A stretch of DNA of 64,000 nucleotides from Toensbergia leucococca (GCA_022813965.1 JALDZS010000013.1:124001-188000), one strand, 5' to 3'; positions 1-13,340 are shown, counted from the stretch's first letter. Notes: generated by a model from the letters alone, not told the origin. Numbers and translations are program-made.

Positions 1-3000
1 ATTTAATGGGGGATGAAGGAAGGCAAGCTGGCGTACAGGCAGTCTTTGTAGAGAAGGCAACGGGTCTTGGGATTGTGGCTGTTGCGGCAATACAAAACAA
101 TGATATTCCGACGGATGAGATGATTATGGGACGAATTCCAGCATACTTGAGCACCTTAGTGGCGACAGCGTCTGGCCAGGTCCTACCACCTGGATCCGCT
201 TTCACGCCTACTAACTCCCGCACCCCCAAACGTCTCCTAGCCCGTCAATCTACCATTCCACCATCCTGCCCAAGTTTTCCGCATGACAGGTCCTTGAGTC
301 CTTTTAAATCAACCATATCTGATCCATTTACAGATTTTTCACCGTCAAAAAGGAAACGCGTTGACAACAACACCCACCTAGTGTGGCTATCAAGATACTA
401 TATCTGTTTTATACTCAACCTCGCCTCACATTGCCTCCTCATAATGGCGGAATTCTACTCAAGCTCACCAGAAACCGAACTAGGCTTTGAGGACGTTTTC
501 CATCCACGAGATGCTATAGCACGCGAGTTAGATGGCTCAATATCGCCACCAAGAGAAGGTACTCAAAGGATTAACAAACGTTGTCTAAAAATATCTTCAG
601 AAGATTATCCCCAAGATTCAAACTTAGCCCTCGCTTTTAGTGAGCTAGATATCGACGAAACAATGGTAATTCCCGAAGTGTTATTCTCTAAGTAAACCTA
701 TGAATACTGTGAGTTCACCTCAGCCATTCTTAGAGCATCAGGGTAGTTTTGATATAAACATTGAAACCGAATATGACTTCAAGAGTAAAGAGGACAAAAA
801 GAATAGTGAAATGCAAAGCATATTTGATGCAGCTGAGACACAAACTTGAAATACCTTTTCTGAGAGTCGTTCAGCCTCTATGATTGGTTTCTTGAAGGTG
901 CAGAAAACTTCATGAAGCTTATGAACACCGATAATATCAAGCAACTCACGATAGCGTGAACGTACTAGGAGAAAATACCAACCACTTACCCTATTGACAG
1001 AGAAGTTGACGCAGCGTCCACGTACTATTTCAGCATGCGGGATCCTTGACACATTGTGAGAGCAGCAGATTTGCATCTCTTGTCTGAAGCGCTTTAAGAC
1101 CGTGTCCGCCCTCATCTCCTTATCTGAACTTTTCAAGCGTACAAGATTTGGTGATCAAAAGTGCGCGGTATCTGAGCCTGGCGTCCAGTCCTCGCGGTGT
1201 ACTGTGCTCATGCAAAGGAGGTGATCAAGACTCAGGTCGCTTCGTTCACTGAGCCCCTCTGACAAGCCTGAGGATGGTAGACACGCGAGATTTGATTCTG
1301 AAGGGGGTTTGAACCACCTCAACTATGACTACACGAAAGTCTATTAACTACTTCTTTGAGGGAGTTGCTTCTGACGAAAGTCGCCTTGAAAAAGTCCGTG
1401 AGATGTAATCTCAGTTGTGCAATATCTTTGCCATGATTCTTGATGCTCTAAGAGCAATAATCAGATACCATCCAGACTCGAGCCTTGATGTTTAGTCCTT
1501 ATGAAGAATGCAAAACCAAGAAGCATCTGCATCGTCTCCGTCAAAGAAATAATGAAGATGAAAGCGATTCTTCCGGCCCTAAGGGTCAACGGGCACGTCG
1601 AACAAAGAATACAGAGTTAAGCGTCCATTGCACTGTGAATCTGAACGGAAGATTTTGGCCAGATAATACAATACTTGGGGCTAAGCTCAACTGATTTCAC
1701 AGAACAGTTGAAGGAAAAAATGAATACAGTCAGGATGATAAAAAGAAGATTCTGTCAAACGAAAATGCTGAAGTGTCCGAGGACCAGATTTAAATTAATG
1801 AGCTGAACCATGTGTGCAGGTCAAGATATACTCATAATGTTTCAAGCGATAATAGTACCTTTGCTTCCCCTCCTGAGTCTATCAGTGATTGTTCAAGCTC
1901 AATTCTTGTCAGCAATGATGATCTGACTCCCTTCCCTGAATCTGATGATGATCTCTTAGGGTCTGTTGATGTTCAAGAATCTATGTCAGACGCCACATCA
2001 TGTGACAGTCACTGAAATGAACATAGATGAAGTTGAAGATGTACTTCTTTCTGCTTCATGATCAATGGACTGCATTCGATCAGATCTGATTACACACCGA
2101 GATAAATCGTCAATAGGCTAAGAAAAGTGGAGCGCCGAAGAAGCCTGCAACGCTAAAGATATTATCACCAGTAAGATTTACCCAGAAACCTTAGCAGATA
2201 GATACCTGCTCCTGAAAGGCAAAGCGAGATTCGGCAATATCAAGCCCAAGAACCAAGTCTATGATTAAGATTGGTGGATCTGTTGAAACAGTCTGATAGA
2301 AAAGCGAGCTTGGCGCGCCGGCCTCAGTGTTGACGTCACCATGCGTCTTTGTAGGCAAAGCTTCCGCAGCAATTATCTATCAAAACGAAAGCTTACCTTG
2401 GACGATTAGATCCTATGTAGAAAATAGAAGATATCATAGAAAGAGAGTGAGTTGAGGAAGATGATGAGGATACGGAATCTACATCCGCGCCGATTTCCGT
2501 CACACCACAACGGTCACCCTGTTCCTCCCTACGCATTCCATTATATGAGCAGCGAACCTTCAAGCTTGACGCTCATGTCTGAGCTCTACGACTTCCTCAG
2601 TCAGTTCGTCGGCATCATCTTTTAGAAGATAATCCTACAGCCTCTAGCTGATGCGGCAAAGGAAGGAGGGGTCAGAAGATAAACGGAGATGCTGAAAGAC
2701 TGTTCAATCCTCGGAACACTAGATTGTCAATGTCTGAGAGATTAAATTATTGATCAAACCCTGCTCTTGGCTGCTGTCACAGCTTCAGAGATTGAGGGTA
2801 ATTTCCTCCTTGACGATGGCGTGGTTGCAGGCAAGTGGTCCATGGCAAGCGAGGCAGCTCCTCTCCGATCAATGTTCCATTCAGCGTTATCAGTTGGTAC
2901 TGAGTAAGTGTCCTGTTATAAATATGGCTCGTCGGACTGGTCAGTGACTACGCGTGTCTTGAAATTCATGTACTCGCATCAAATGATAATTTGGTATTTG

Positions 3001-5215
3001 ACCTTCCACATTAGTCTGACCACGCCACAGGAGATTCAGGGAAAACTCAATCGCATGAAGAGTCTCTTGCAATGTCGGAACTTCAAGGCTCTGTTATTTT
3101 GCCAAAGACATCTTGAGAGCAAGATTTAGACCAGACTCCGCACCCCCCACCGGCCTCGCACGTGCCACCCCCGCCGCCAGCTCCTCTGTGCCGCTTGCCC
3201 CCGCCGCTCCCCAGCCCCGAGCGCCAATCTTCTCGCTTGATCAGAACTTATCGGGACTCACAGTTCACGTACACTACCACGAAGCTGGTAGTAAGATGGT
3301 TGAAATACAAGGGGCCGACCTACACCTTTTCGTCACCAGATACGGTACTTTCTGCTAAACTTGACTAGAATATTTAAAAGAACGATCATGACAATCAGCC
3401 AACTCCCTCTGACCTGTTGAGACATGGTTGCGCCATGGCAAGAAAACAAGATCAGCTAGTACTCTCCTATCTGCGGCCTATTGAGAGCTCTAATGTTCAA
3501 ATTGAACCAGGTGGGAGATGAATATACCTGAAGCCTGCAACAACGAAGAAATTGACCTGAAAGAATCAGCATAATATCTTTTTTTCAATATTGAACATTC
3601 AATCTTCAAATAATAAAAATATGTTAATTACTAGCCTCCTCACTCACAAGTGATTTACTGGCCGATGCTTTAGGTGTCAATTCAACAGGGCAAGCTGAAG
3701 AGACAGAAGGACTCCATTTCAGGAGTAGCCCGCGCGGGATTGAAAAAGTGCCTTGAGTCTTGGGGATTCTCCGCAACAAATACTATAGAGCTGAAGAAGT
3801 AGCGATCAACTTGATCAAAGGAAGAAGTGAAAACCAATTGTGAAAAGATCAAGACTCAGAGATAAGTCACAAGACCGCCCCGCTACCTCACAATGTTAAA
3901 AGTGCTATGGTTCATGAGGCCCCCGCCAAAACTTTGGCAAGAGCAATAAAGACTACTTGAAAAATATGAGGTTCAGAGAGCAATGATGAAGAGTTCGTTG
4001 AGGTCATTGAAGTTGTGTAGAGATCTTCGACTTCAAGTCTCAACTGAAAACCTGCTCCTGCAGTGTGAAAATTAAAGAGGGACAGCACTTCACCCTCAAG
4101 ACTGAATTCAAGAAGCATGATTTCACAATTGCCTCACCCGCCGTTGCACTCCCCGCCGCCGCTACCTCACTCGCTGCCGCTGCCTCAGACCTCCTGCCTC
4201 AAATTCCCGCCCAGGGAACGTTCATATACCACCATCATGTATATTATGGTAGATTTTTAGTATTTTCACATCTTGAGTAGACATCACTAATTCGATTGAA
4301 TAGAATCATGAACGTATAGAGAGTTTGCGCACGGTGATCCGAGATCAAGTGAAAGAAGAGTCGTTCTTGACCAGGTGATGCTTGAGGAAGTCGCAGCTTT
4401 ACATGTGTTCCGCCCAGACGACCTGTTAGAGAGCGTTCTTGCGTATGTGGCCGATGCAGCAAAACAAGTGGAACTACATATGTTCCTCAACATAAATATT
4501 TTCATGAACTCATCCGAAAGTGTTTCATCAGATAGAATTATTGAACAGGATGGCTGCTATTTTGGTTGGTAGGTATCTGGTCTGGCATGGTTAAGGTGAG
4601 TACAGGTATCTAGGCGGACTAGAATTAAGGAGAGGCTTACACGAGACAAAAAGGAGACTTTGAGATGGTCTCATACGGATTTGTTCATGATCTTCATCGG
4701 AGCTAGAGCATTTACGGGGGTGACGTTCACTTCGGTTCCCTTGTTACCCTGAAAATTGAAATAAAAGACGGTTTCAGCAACGGCGGGGACGCTACAAGGC
4801 GTGTCTCTTTAGAAGGACGAGTTCTACGCTGGAAGGCGCCGTCACGCTGGGCTTGGAGGAAGAGGAATCGTCCTGCCACCACTCCTCCTCCCAATACCCC
4901 TCCGGCTCCTCCTACCGATACCGCTCTCCCGCGGGCCAATTCGGTGAGATGTGGTTCACTTTATGGCACGTAAAACACTTGAGGTGCTCATGGGAGGGAT
5001 TCGGTCCCTTAGCCACTTCGTGGTTTTTCGGGTTCATACTTCAATACTTGGGTCTTTCGGTGTAATTCTCCTTCCGTTGGACTATACTGAGCGGAGGTAT
5101 TTCAGGTGTCTTTCAAGCCTTACCGCCGTCGTATACTGAGCGATTACTAGAACGAAGGAAATACTGATAGCAGCGCGACCCTCTGGCCCGGGGGTGTCTC
5201 TAACCAAGCCCAATT

Positions 5216-5320
5216 TGTCTCAGATATTCAAACCGAATTTGTCCCGCGGAAGCTCCATGCAACAAACCCGGGACGGGAAAGTGCTGGTATTGCCAAAATA
5301 TGAAATATTTCTGCCACATC
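5216..5320 (+). pseudogene. Zn2Cys6-like cysteine-cluster fragment
   Basis: Translates as CLRYSNRICPAEAPCNKPGTGKCWYCQNMKYFCHI. This fits CxxC..C..CxxC..C if TAT(Y) was TGT(C). It is followed by a GTAGGT donor-like site and has an in-frame stop just upstream. Confidence 0.45.
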
Positions 5321-6488
5321 GTAGGTTCGCCTTAAAAACGTCGCTGGGTATGGTACTAAACTGATCAGATTCCGCCAGCATTTAATCGCCAAGTCAATTC
5401 TCTTCTCCACAAGAGAAACAGGTATTTCACTACACTCAACCCTGAAACGGGAAGGCCCTCATTGTTGAGAACAAAGTCTATACCAAGCAAGTACAATCGT
5501 ATCTTATGAACTCCAATCCTTTCAGTAAAACGTCAAAGCCCCGTTTTTCAATCACAGCAGCTTTTCATTGATAAGCTTGCTTAACAACACTTTGTTGATC
5601 TTACTTTCTGCAATCAACAGAATACTGAGAGATTTTACGACGAGAATGAATCCCAAGGAAGAGGCAATGACCTTCTACAAAAGGGCAAAATCTCAAATTT
5701 CTTGGGACTGCTGTTGCATTTGAGTCTTTATACCTGTCAGAAATAATGCGCAAGGCCGGCTCAGACAGTGAACCGGAACAATCGTATGTTCAGAGACATA
5801 CAGAGCGTACAGAGCAAGGATGTTGTGCTCAATCCCGCCTTGAAGAAGCTTCAATCAATACTCGCGAAAGAAACCAAACAGGATAATATTTGAGAACTGA
5901 GGAAATAACCACGCCAGGAAAATTCCTGAGGGTCGAGAATCTCTTTCAACTCGCAGCCCACCATCGGCCCAATAAAGAAGTCAATAATATTTCTCGTTTC
6001 AACTGACTTCAAGATAGCTTCATGAGCACCAATTAGCTCATATAAAGAGTTGATTTTGCGAAATCGCGATGAGTCACCCCGCCACCAAAACTCGTGGCAA
6101 AACTCCCACTACCAAGAACGTCAGCGGGAAGAGTAAGTTTTCTCAACTCTTTATTAATTCAATTTTAATCTATTAGATATTGAATGTGATGATGCGGAAA
6201 GTTTTGCAGCTGCCCCTGAGTAATTACAGATCGGCACTATCAAACGGATGTTCCTTTGACATAGGGATGACCATAGGCTAGTTGAGGCCATATAGAGTAT
6301 TTTGATTCAAGACCATAGAAGATTTAGAAGTGCCGCCGTTGAAGGTAAAGCAATGGATTCAAATAATTTGTCTTTGCGGAGCCTCGTTCTGTTACGTTGG
6401 TGGAATATTTGTAGATGCATTCACATTACGTTACTAATGCTCAAGAATCACTCTCGAATTGTGACACTTGTAAGGAGAGGAGGGCGCG

Positions 6489-7034
6489 ATGATGTTGTTC
6501 TTCATCAATAAAGAAAGAGCTAGTATACATTTCACCTTGAAGAAAGCCCAACATCTAGCCTTCGCAATGGCCGATGCATTGGCCGTATTGCATTGGCACA
6601 CTAAGATTGATGCAATGGATGTCGAGTTTGTATTGAGAAGCAGTCCGCAAGAGGACCAAAAAGTTCGGAGGAGGATTCCTCTGGAAACGATCATGTCCTC
6701 GGACACACCAAAAAGTATGTTCGAATATGTGACAAATTCTAACGTTAATTTTATCAAGAGGGTGACGAGCTTATGGCTGCTGGACTTTGATGCCTGTACG
6801 GATATAACAATGGACCATGCAGGTGTTGATAAGGCATGCAAGGCTTTTATTGAGACGGATCCATACTGCCCGCGGCCACGCGAAAGAGATGAATTCTCTC
6901 AGCAACTATGGAATAACTTTGGGAGCCGATATCTGGATACAGCTGAGAAGATAATTCCTCAGAAACATGTAGACCTGCCCGGACTGTTCCTAGCGGGTGC
7001 CTTCAAGATTCTCCAGCCCTATGTCACTTCCTAA
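6489..7034 (+). pseudogene. 5'-truncated DUF3669-like (kinase-like) protein fragment
   Basis: Motifs MADALAVLHW..KIDAMDVEFVL, LWLLDFD, AF..TDPYCPRP and LW..F..RYL are typical of fungal DUF3669 proteins. The N-terminal half is absent. Confidence 0.7.
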
Positions 7035-7278
7035 AGCCATGAAGATGAAGCATCAAAACAGAGTTTGATATAACTCTTCTTTCTCTAACCTCAGTCTTTT
7101 GTATTGATTTCTGTCTATTCTTCAACCTCAGCTGAATCAAGTATACCTTTGACTCAAAATTGAAGTCAAAGCATCAATTACTCACCCCGCTGAAGAAAAG
7201 GCAACGGCTTCCAGGGACAAGTCATCTACCCTGAAGAACGCTGGCGACGTTGACTCATCCAATAAAGATGATGCGAGT

Positions 7279-7630
7279 ATGAAAGAAGATGACGTTGATT
7301 CAGAGGCAGGGAATTTCGCTCGCAACGATGATAGTGATAATGAGGACAGTGATGATGAAGCTAAGGAGGCGGCCTTAGCAGATGACGACGAGATTTCGTC
7401 CGAATCTGACACGGAGCCGAACGTCCTCAGCCGCATCAAAACATTGTGCAAGGGCCTATTTGACCGAGTTATCTGTGATGAAGCTCATCGGGCCAAATCG
7501 CCTCGCACTCGAACGTCTCAATCCATGAAGCTTCTCCGTTGTCCATATTTCATCTTGATGAGCGTGATTCCCATAATCAACAAGCCTGCGGACCTCACTG
7601 GCCTGCTCTACCTGTTGTGGAAGAAGAAAT
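7279..7630 (+). pseudogene. SNF2-family helicase fragment (acidic tract plus motifs II-III)
   Basis: FDRVICDEAHRAKS (DEAH box), then a degenerate motif III MSVIPIINKPADL and GLLYLLW. No Walker A or helicase C-terminal domain nearby. Confidence 0.7.
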
Positions 7631-8619
7631 CCGCTGGTGCTATCGACCTGGAAGAAGCGGACAGAATCAAACAAACGAGCTCTAACAACAAGGCCGGTAA
7701 AACAATCAAAGTTTCTCACAAATCTTGCCTATACAACCATCTTTCATCTATCATTTTGTTTTAGAATGAAGTAGATGAGGATGTCCTCCCGTTGATTGAG
7801 ACGGACGAAGAGGCATCTGAACGAAGCCAACACATCGTTCAGAATGATGCTACTATCTGAGATGAACAAGATTGAGGCAGAAGACTGTGAGAGAAATCAT
7901 AAAAAGGGGATAAAGCGGACAAAAGAATAATGAAGCTGGAAGCAGATCTCCCGGAACACAAGAATAAAATTGAAGATTTGAAGAACATAGTTGAGAGGTT
8001 GCGGGACGCAGGACCAGTGTAGCTGACGCCGGCGCCTGCTCAATGACAGTGAATCAAGAACAATGCCCGATCATCAGTGGCTGACCAGGAAATGAGAAGC
8101 TCCGATCCACTACAATTTAGAAGCACAGTATGGAGGAGATCTAGGTGGATCTGAATTTGGGCTACAATTTGTTGTCTGTCTCGGTGTACGTCACTGAATA
8201 CTCACCTCAACAACAATTTAATACAGTAGAGCAAAGTTCTTGATGACTCCGATGAAGACTCCGAAGAAGTGGTGTCTGGTGCCCCTGCGTCGGGAAGTGT
8301 TCTAGTGAGAATTCCCTAGGCTTCCTAGGGACCTCACTGACTTATTGAGTAGGATCTTAACTGCAGGATCACGGCCGGCGGGCCACCTGCATCAAGACCC
8401 TCAACCACGGTCGACAACCAAGTAGATGAGGACCGACTATTCAGAAATTTGACTTCCCCAAATTCAGCTTCCCGAAATTTGACTCCCAGTATCACAGTGG
8501 CCAATCGCGGCAAGATCATACTTTAATCCGCCTACGTTCACTGAGCCTATGTGTCTAAGATACTCCAAGCGCCTGCACCTCGCAGCGGCCAGTCATCAAT
8601 GACGTGATACTTCAAAAGC

Positions 8620-8970
8620 TGTGAGGGGGCAAAGAAAAGCTGAGTCAAGTTTCCAAAACCCTCCACACGAATCCTCAACCCCATCTGTCAGATATCAAAC
8701 CGCGAGATCACAATTTACCCCTGGATTTACGACACTGTGAAGAAAGGGGGAACAAGACGCAGGTTGAAGGACCTCACAGTCAGACTACCGGAAAGCTGCT
8801 CCTGAATAAATAGCAAGGGAAGTGAAGGGTGAGGTGGTGAACGGAGTAGAAATCAGCAACACATATTCTTTAGCGGGAGGTTTAATAGTTCTGACTCTCA
8901 TGGTACGTATCATGGCGTAGGTCTACCTGTTAAGCAAGATTCTTTAGTATAGATATCTGAATTGCTGACA
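8620..8970. mobile_element. Solo LTR (351 bp) with 5-bp target-site duplication
   Basis: Begins TGTGAG and ends CTGACA (5/6 inverted match, TG..CA). Flanked by AAAGC on both sides (8615-8619 and 8971-8975). Internal TATA-like AATAAATA near 8805. Confidence 0.65.
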
Positions 8971-9476
8971 AAAGCGTGAAATACAGAGTCAGAGGAGATG
9001 ACATGAACCTCGCCGCGCCAATAAGCAGAGAAAGAGAGCGGAGTCAGCGGCGGCACTGACGGCCGTAAGTAAGCTGCTTAGCTGTCAATGACAAGATAAT
9101 AACATCAATGTAGGGTCTTGCAGCCCCCCCCCCCGGGGCCCTCAACAATGCCCCAGGAAAGGGGAGTCAACGGGGTAGAAGATGAAGAGATGCGGCGGTT
9201 GAAGAAAAAGAGATGACAGCAGAGGAAGAGGTCAGAACTCTCGCGAAGCCTTCAAATAACTCCGCCAGGACTAGTGAATGAGTTTAGAGTGCCGCCGTAT
9301 CGTTTCCTAGCCTCTACAACCCCTGAACAACAACATGGCCAATAACGCTACGAATAACAACAATACTAGTGGGTTCATAATCCAGGACACCCTAAATGCT
9401 ACTCTTCAAGCCGCTTCACTGAGTTTGCCCGTAATTTGAATCTGCAGCAAGGGCCCGCTGGTCCCTCAGGCCCCGA

Positions 9477-9910
9477 TTCTTCGACCCAGATTTTGAAGAC
9501 AAGACAAGTAGCGGAGTTGCCAGTGTGGGTTGACATACTTACTACCAAGATGTCTGTGCTTTTATAGACCGTATCAAAGACATGACTGTCATACATGGAG
9601 ACAAAGTGAGAGAGGTTTTGCCTACCTGTTTTCGAGGTTCTGCCTTGATATGGCATTTCACAGAACTATCTGACCTTGAAAAATCACTTCTTCAAGCAGT
9701 CAACCTTGACCACTGGTATGAAACGTTGATAAAACCTTTCAAGGTTCGAACCAGCACGGCCCTTAAAAACCTTCAAAGCGAGAAGTACACCATGCAGGAT
9801 GCCCGAGATGGAAAGAATCCCCGTACATACGCTCAATCCATACTCCACAACGCAAAGGCCTCCAGCATAACTTCGGTATATAATCAACTGACGATAACAT
9901 GGAATAATCT
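9477..9910 (+). pseudogene. LTR-retrotransposon gag-like fragment 1
   Basis: FFDPDFEDK..VG*HTYYQDVCAFIDRIKD..LPTCFRGSALIWHFTELSDLEK..LQSEKYTMQDAR..PRTYAQSILHNAKA..NQLTITWNNL resembles fungal gypsy-type gag. It has an internal TGA. Confidence 0.65.
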
Positions 9911-10239
9911 GTCAAGATCTATTCAGCCGCCAATGAGCTTCACTTTCTTAACGCCGCTGACGTCCGCTTCTAGATCAATGCAGTCAGGGCTTTACAAGCG
10001 CTGAATTGAGAATATGAATCACGTGGGCTTAGAGAGGAGCAGAGAAGTCAGAAGGTCACATTCAAGATTTAAAACAGATTAATATCACTTTTACACATTC
10101 CCGTGAGACCAATATTTTCATTTCTACACAAACCCTTCAAAAATCAAAACAGATGGCTCATTGATTGAGATGAATCAATAACTGATTAAGAGATTGTGTT
10201 CAACAATTAAATCATTTCATGTCATGTGATCACTCTCAA

Positions 10240-10593
10240 GATTCATTTCGTGATATACACGCCTTTCTTGATAGGATAAATGATGTCTCCCGGGCCAAAG
10301 GCTTCGAACTAGTACGAAAGAATCTGCAGCTATGCCTCCGAGGCTCAGCACTTGAGTGGTATGCCTCCGGATTGACTGAAAACGAGAAGCGACTGCTAGC
10401 ATTAGGAGAGGAGCTCACAGAATGGAGTCGATTACTAATATCTCGTTTCAAGGCCCCTAGATCCGTGGGTATTTCTGTGGTCTTGCGGGAACGTTATACG
10501 CTTCAGGAAGCAGCCAGGCATCGAGAACCGCGGGAATATGCTCAGACTATCATCCGCGCTGCGAAAACCGCTGAGCTCGGCGGCGTACCTTAA
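10240..10593 (+). pseudogene. LTR-retrotransposon gag-like fragment 2 (divergent paralog of fragment 1)
   Basis: FRDIHAFLDRIND..LQLCLRGSALEWY..LTENEK..LRERYTLQEA..EPREYAQTIIRAAK aligns by eye with fragment 1. Confidence 0.65.
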
Positions 10594-13089
10594 CAGATTG
10601 GTAGCAACAGAATAGGTTCCGTCAATAGGACCATTAGATTCCTGTTGACGCTGGTGAGGTTTGCCTGCCTGCATCAAGATCCTATTGTCTTTCACTAACA
10701 CTAAAACCTGAGCCCTTCCACCAACTCACATCCGGTCATCCGGGTACCAAAACCTGAGCCCCACCTTCCATCTTTCCACCCACAGACATTTACCTTAACA
10801 TATAGCTGGGCTCAAAGCCCGAGGGCATTACATTGACAGAAAGTGATAGGCCGTAGGTCTGTTGAAAAAAGCTTCGCTGCTTGCTAAGAAAGATGCTTGA
10901 AGCAAAAGCCAAGGATTGATGAAGCTGAACACCATTGTTCATAGAGACTGCTGATGGAACGTACCAAACGCATTGAAGTAACCAATGTTAGTGATGAGAA
11001 TCCGACAAATTCAAGAATGATGACACCGAACCAGTGAAGATCCTCAACCGGACCACAATCGCCAGCGTTGATTATGACCAAGATGGTCAATGGAGTGTGT
11101 CTTCGAATATGGCGACCCAACAGCGACAAGTATTAAAATACTATCCGTACCTACAGTTGCGATATTCAGCACCTGGGCAAAAGTGGGCGTTGGACAAAGA
11201 TATCGCAAGATAGTCAATGGCATGCCTGGCCTGTACAGTATCAATTCGATGCCCCAATGACCGCAGAAAAGGTCTGCTGGCCTGAGACTGCGAGTTGATG
11301 CAGTCCCTGAGCGCTGAAACTCTGGCTTCAATTCTCATTCCTCTTCTCACTCGGGCTCCTGTTCCCGTTCAGGCTTATTTTGAGGCCCCGGCTCTACCTC
11401 TAGAACTGTGTGTTACTCAGGTGACAGGCGTCAAATCACGGACTGTCTTTCTTTGAGAGGGCGATGAAGAGAAGTGACGGCGCCATTCATAGAGAAACGG
11501 TGGATGATCTTTTTTGAATCACTGGTTGCTTTTGCTTCTGCGGGTGCTTTAGCCTTTAACCTGAAGTTTAGAGGAAAAATGCAAGGGAGGCAAAGAAAGC
11601 TGATGCCGTCGAAACGGTCATAAATATCACTTCTTTCGCTCACATTCACTCAGGTAGCATTGATTTACGCTTTCACCATTCTTATACTTTTTCTAAGACA
11701 ATCATGTCATCCTCTATCTCTTCCTTCACATCATCAGCCTCCTTTTACCCTACCAACGTTATGCATTTAATTTTGTTGAAAGTTCAGGGCCACTACCCAT
11801 CATCGTCTCGATTAGAGGAAAGAATCAAAGTAAATCACATGTACTAAAAATTATAAGGATCCAACGGTTGAGACTGAGCACAAGATTACAGCGAACTTGG
11901 TCCAAGAGTCATTAAAAGAGAGTTGATTCTATTTTTCTTGTGAAACCACCGCAACAAAGAATGGGTGTTATGCAAATAGTGACAAGCCGTTCATGGAATA
12001 GCCGCGTCAACAAAGGATCCACGCCATCGCCGGAAAAGTTTCGGACCTGCGTAACCTCCGGGGACCATTATCCCACTCGGACCATGAGGAGCGGCCAAGG
12101 AATGTCTAGGGCCTCGTCTGAGATCTCCGATGAGCCCTCAAGTGAGCAACGCTGCCGCGGGCGTCCCAAAAAGAGTTCTACTGAATTGCATGCAGCACTC
12201 AATCGACATACAAGAAATATGGCGATCCCGGATTCCCGGATGTACGCCACTCAGATGATGACGACGTTCAAATCATCGAGCGCGTGCAGGGTGCTCACTG
12301 CTCACCACCCGGTCTCCTGCCTAGGATTATATTTGCGACGAGAAATGCAAAAATGAGAGTTGTGATTATCAACTCAATCTTAAGAAGGTCACGAGGCTCG
12401 TTGCAGAATATCTGCAACCTGAGACAACGGCTCTGTTGACTGTGTTAGAAGCTTAATTTGATTGAGAAAGTCAGGCAGTGAAGAAGGCAGCGTCCGCAGC
12501 CCCGTTGCCGTCAATTCTAGCGCCACCATCAGATCCAGCGTGGCATGTTTTGACCATGGCTGCAATGAGAAAATTGTTGAGAACAAGAACAAATTGCAAC
12601 ATCACAAGAGAGACAAAGTAACAAAGTCAACAATACTGCTGTTATAGTAAAAATCACGGTTGAGTAGGAGGACGCAAATTCTCTAAATCAAACGCCTTGA
12701 AAAGCATCAATGAAAAGTGAAGGTCAAATGAAGAGCAGATTTGTCTTTTTACCTTGTTTGCGTCCCCCAGCCATAGGTCTATCTTTTTAAGAAGATCATG
12801 TCAATCTTTCTTCAATTGGTTAATGAGACTGGCGGAGCCTGAGGGACACATACCACGAAAGAAAGCGGTAAAGAAAGGGAAGGAACCCGCTCGTCAAGAA
12901 TCGAGCACTCTGGAACCCGACTCTCAACGTCGCCCAGGTCCCAGCCAAACCTACATGCCTCAATCAAATAAGGTGGACCTAAACCAACTACTCAGATGTG
13001 CGGATAATGGTTCAAAAGTTCAGCCCCTGACTAGAAAAAGCCTCATTTCAGCCCTGAAACCTACTTCAAAGCAGGATATTCTGACTATG

Positions 13090-13340
13090 ATGATGAGGAT
13101 GACAAAAGCTTTCAGGGTTGACACAATGATTTGAAAGGAAGATGGAACCCGCTGCTTCGTACAGAAGGACTACTGCACTGCTGACCAAGGATCGGACATG
13201 AACATTATCTACCCACCTTTAGTGAAATATCTCGGACTAAAGATGCACTCAGCCCGAGAACTCAGTCCTAAGGTACTAAGTATGACAGTGGCAGACGGAA
13301 CCAAAACCGAATTGAGTCATTGGACCAAATTCCGCTACAC
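13090..13340 (+). pseudogene. Retropepsin-like aspartic protease fragment
   Basis: KAFRVDTMI*KEDG..ADQGSDMNIIYPPLVKYLGL..MTVADGTKT: a DxG-like catalytic motif and a VADG flap. In-frame TGA. Confidence 0.6.

Noticed and set aside
6..695. 229-aa ORF
   Set aside because: Looks chimeric. The plausible coding part from ATG 444 runs into stops and frameshifts, so it is treated as part of the relic block.
8733..8781. CACTGTG / CACAGTC pair resembling RSS or Transib termini
   Set aside because: Only ~49 bp apart, no nonamer or TSD, and inside the solo LTR.
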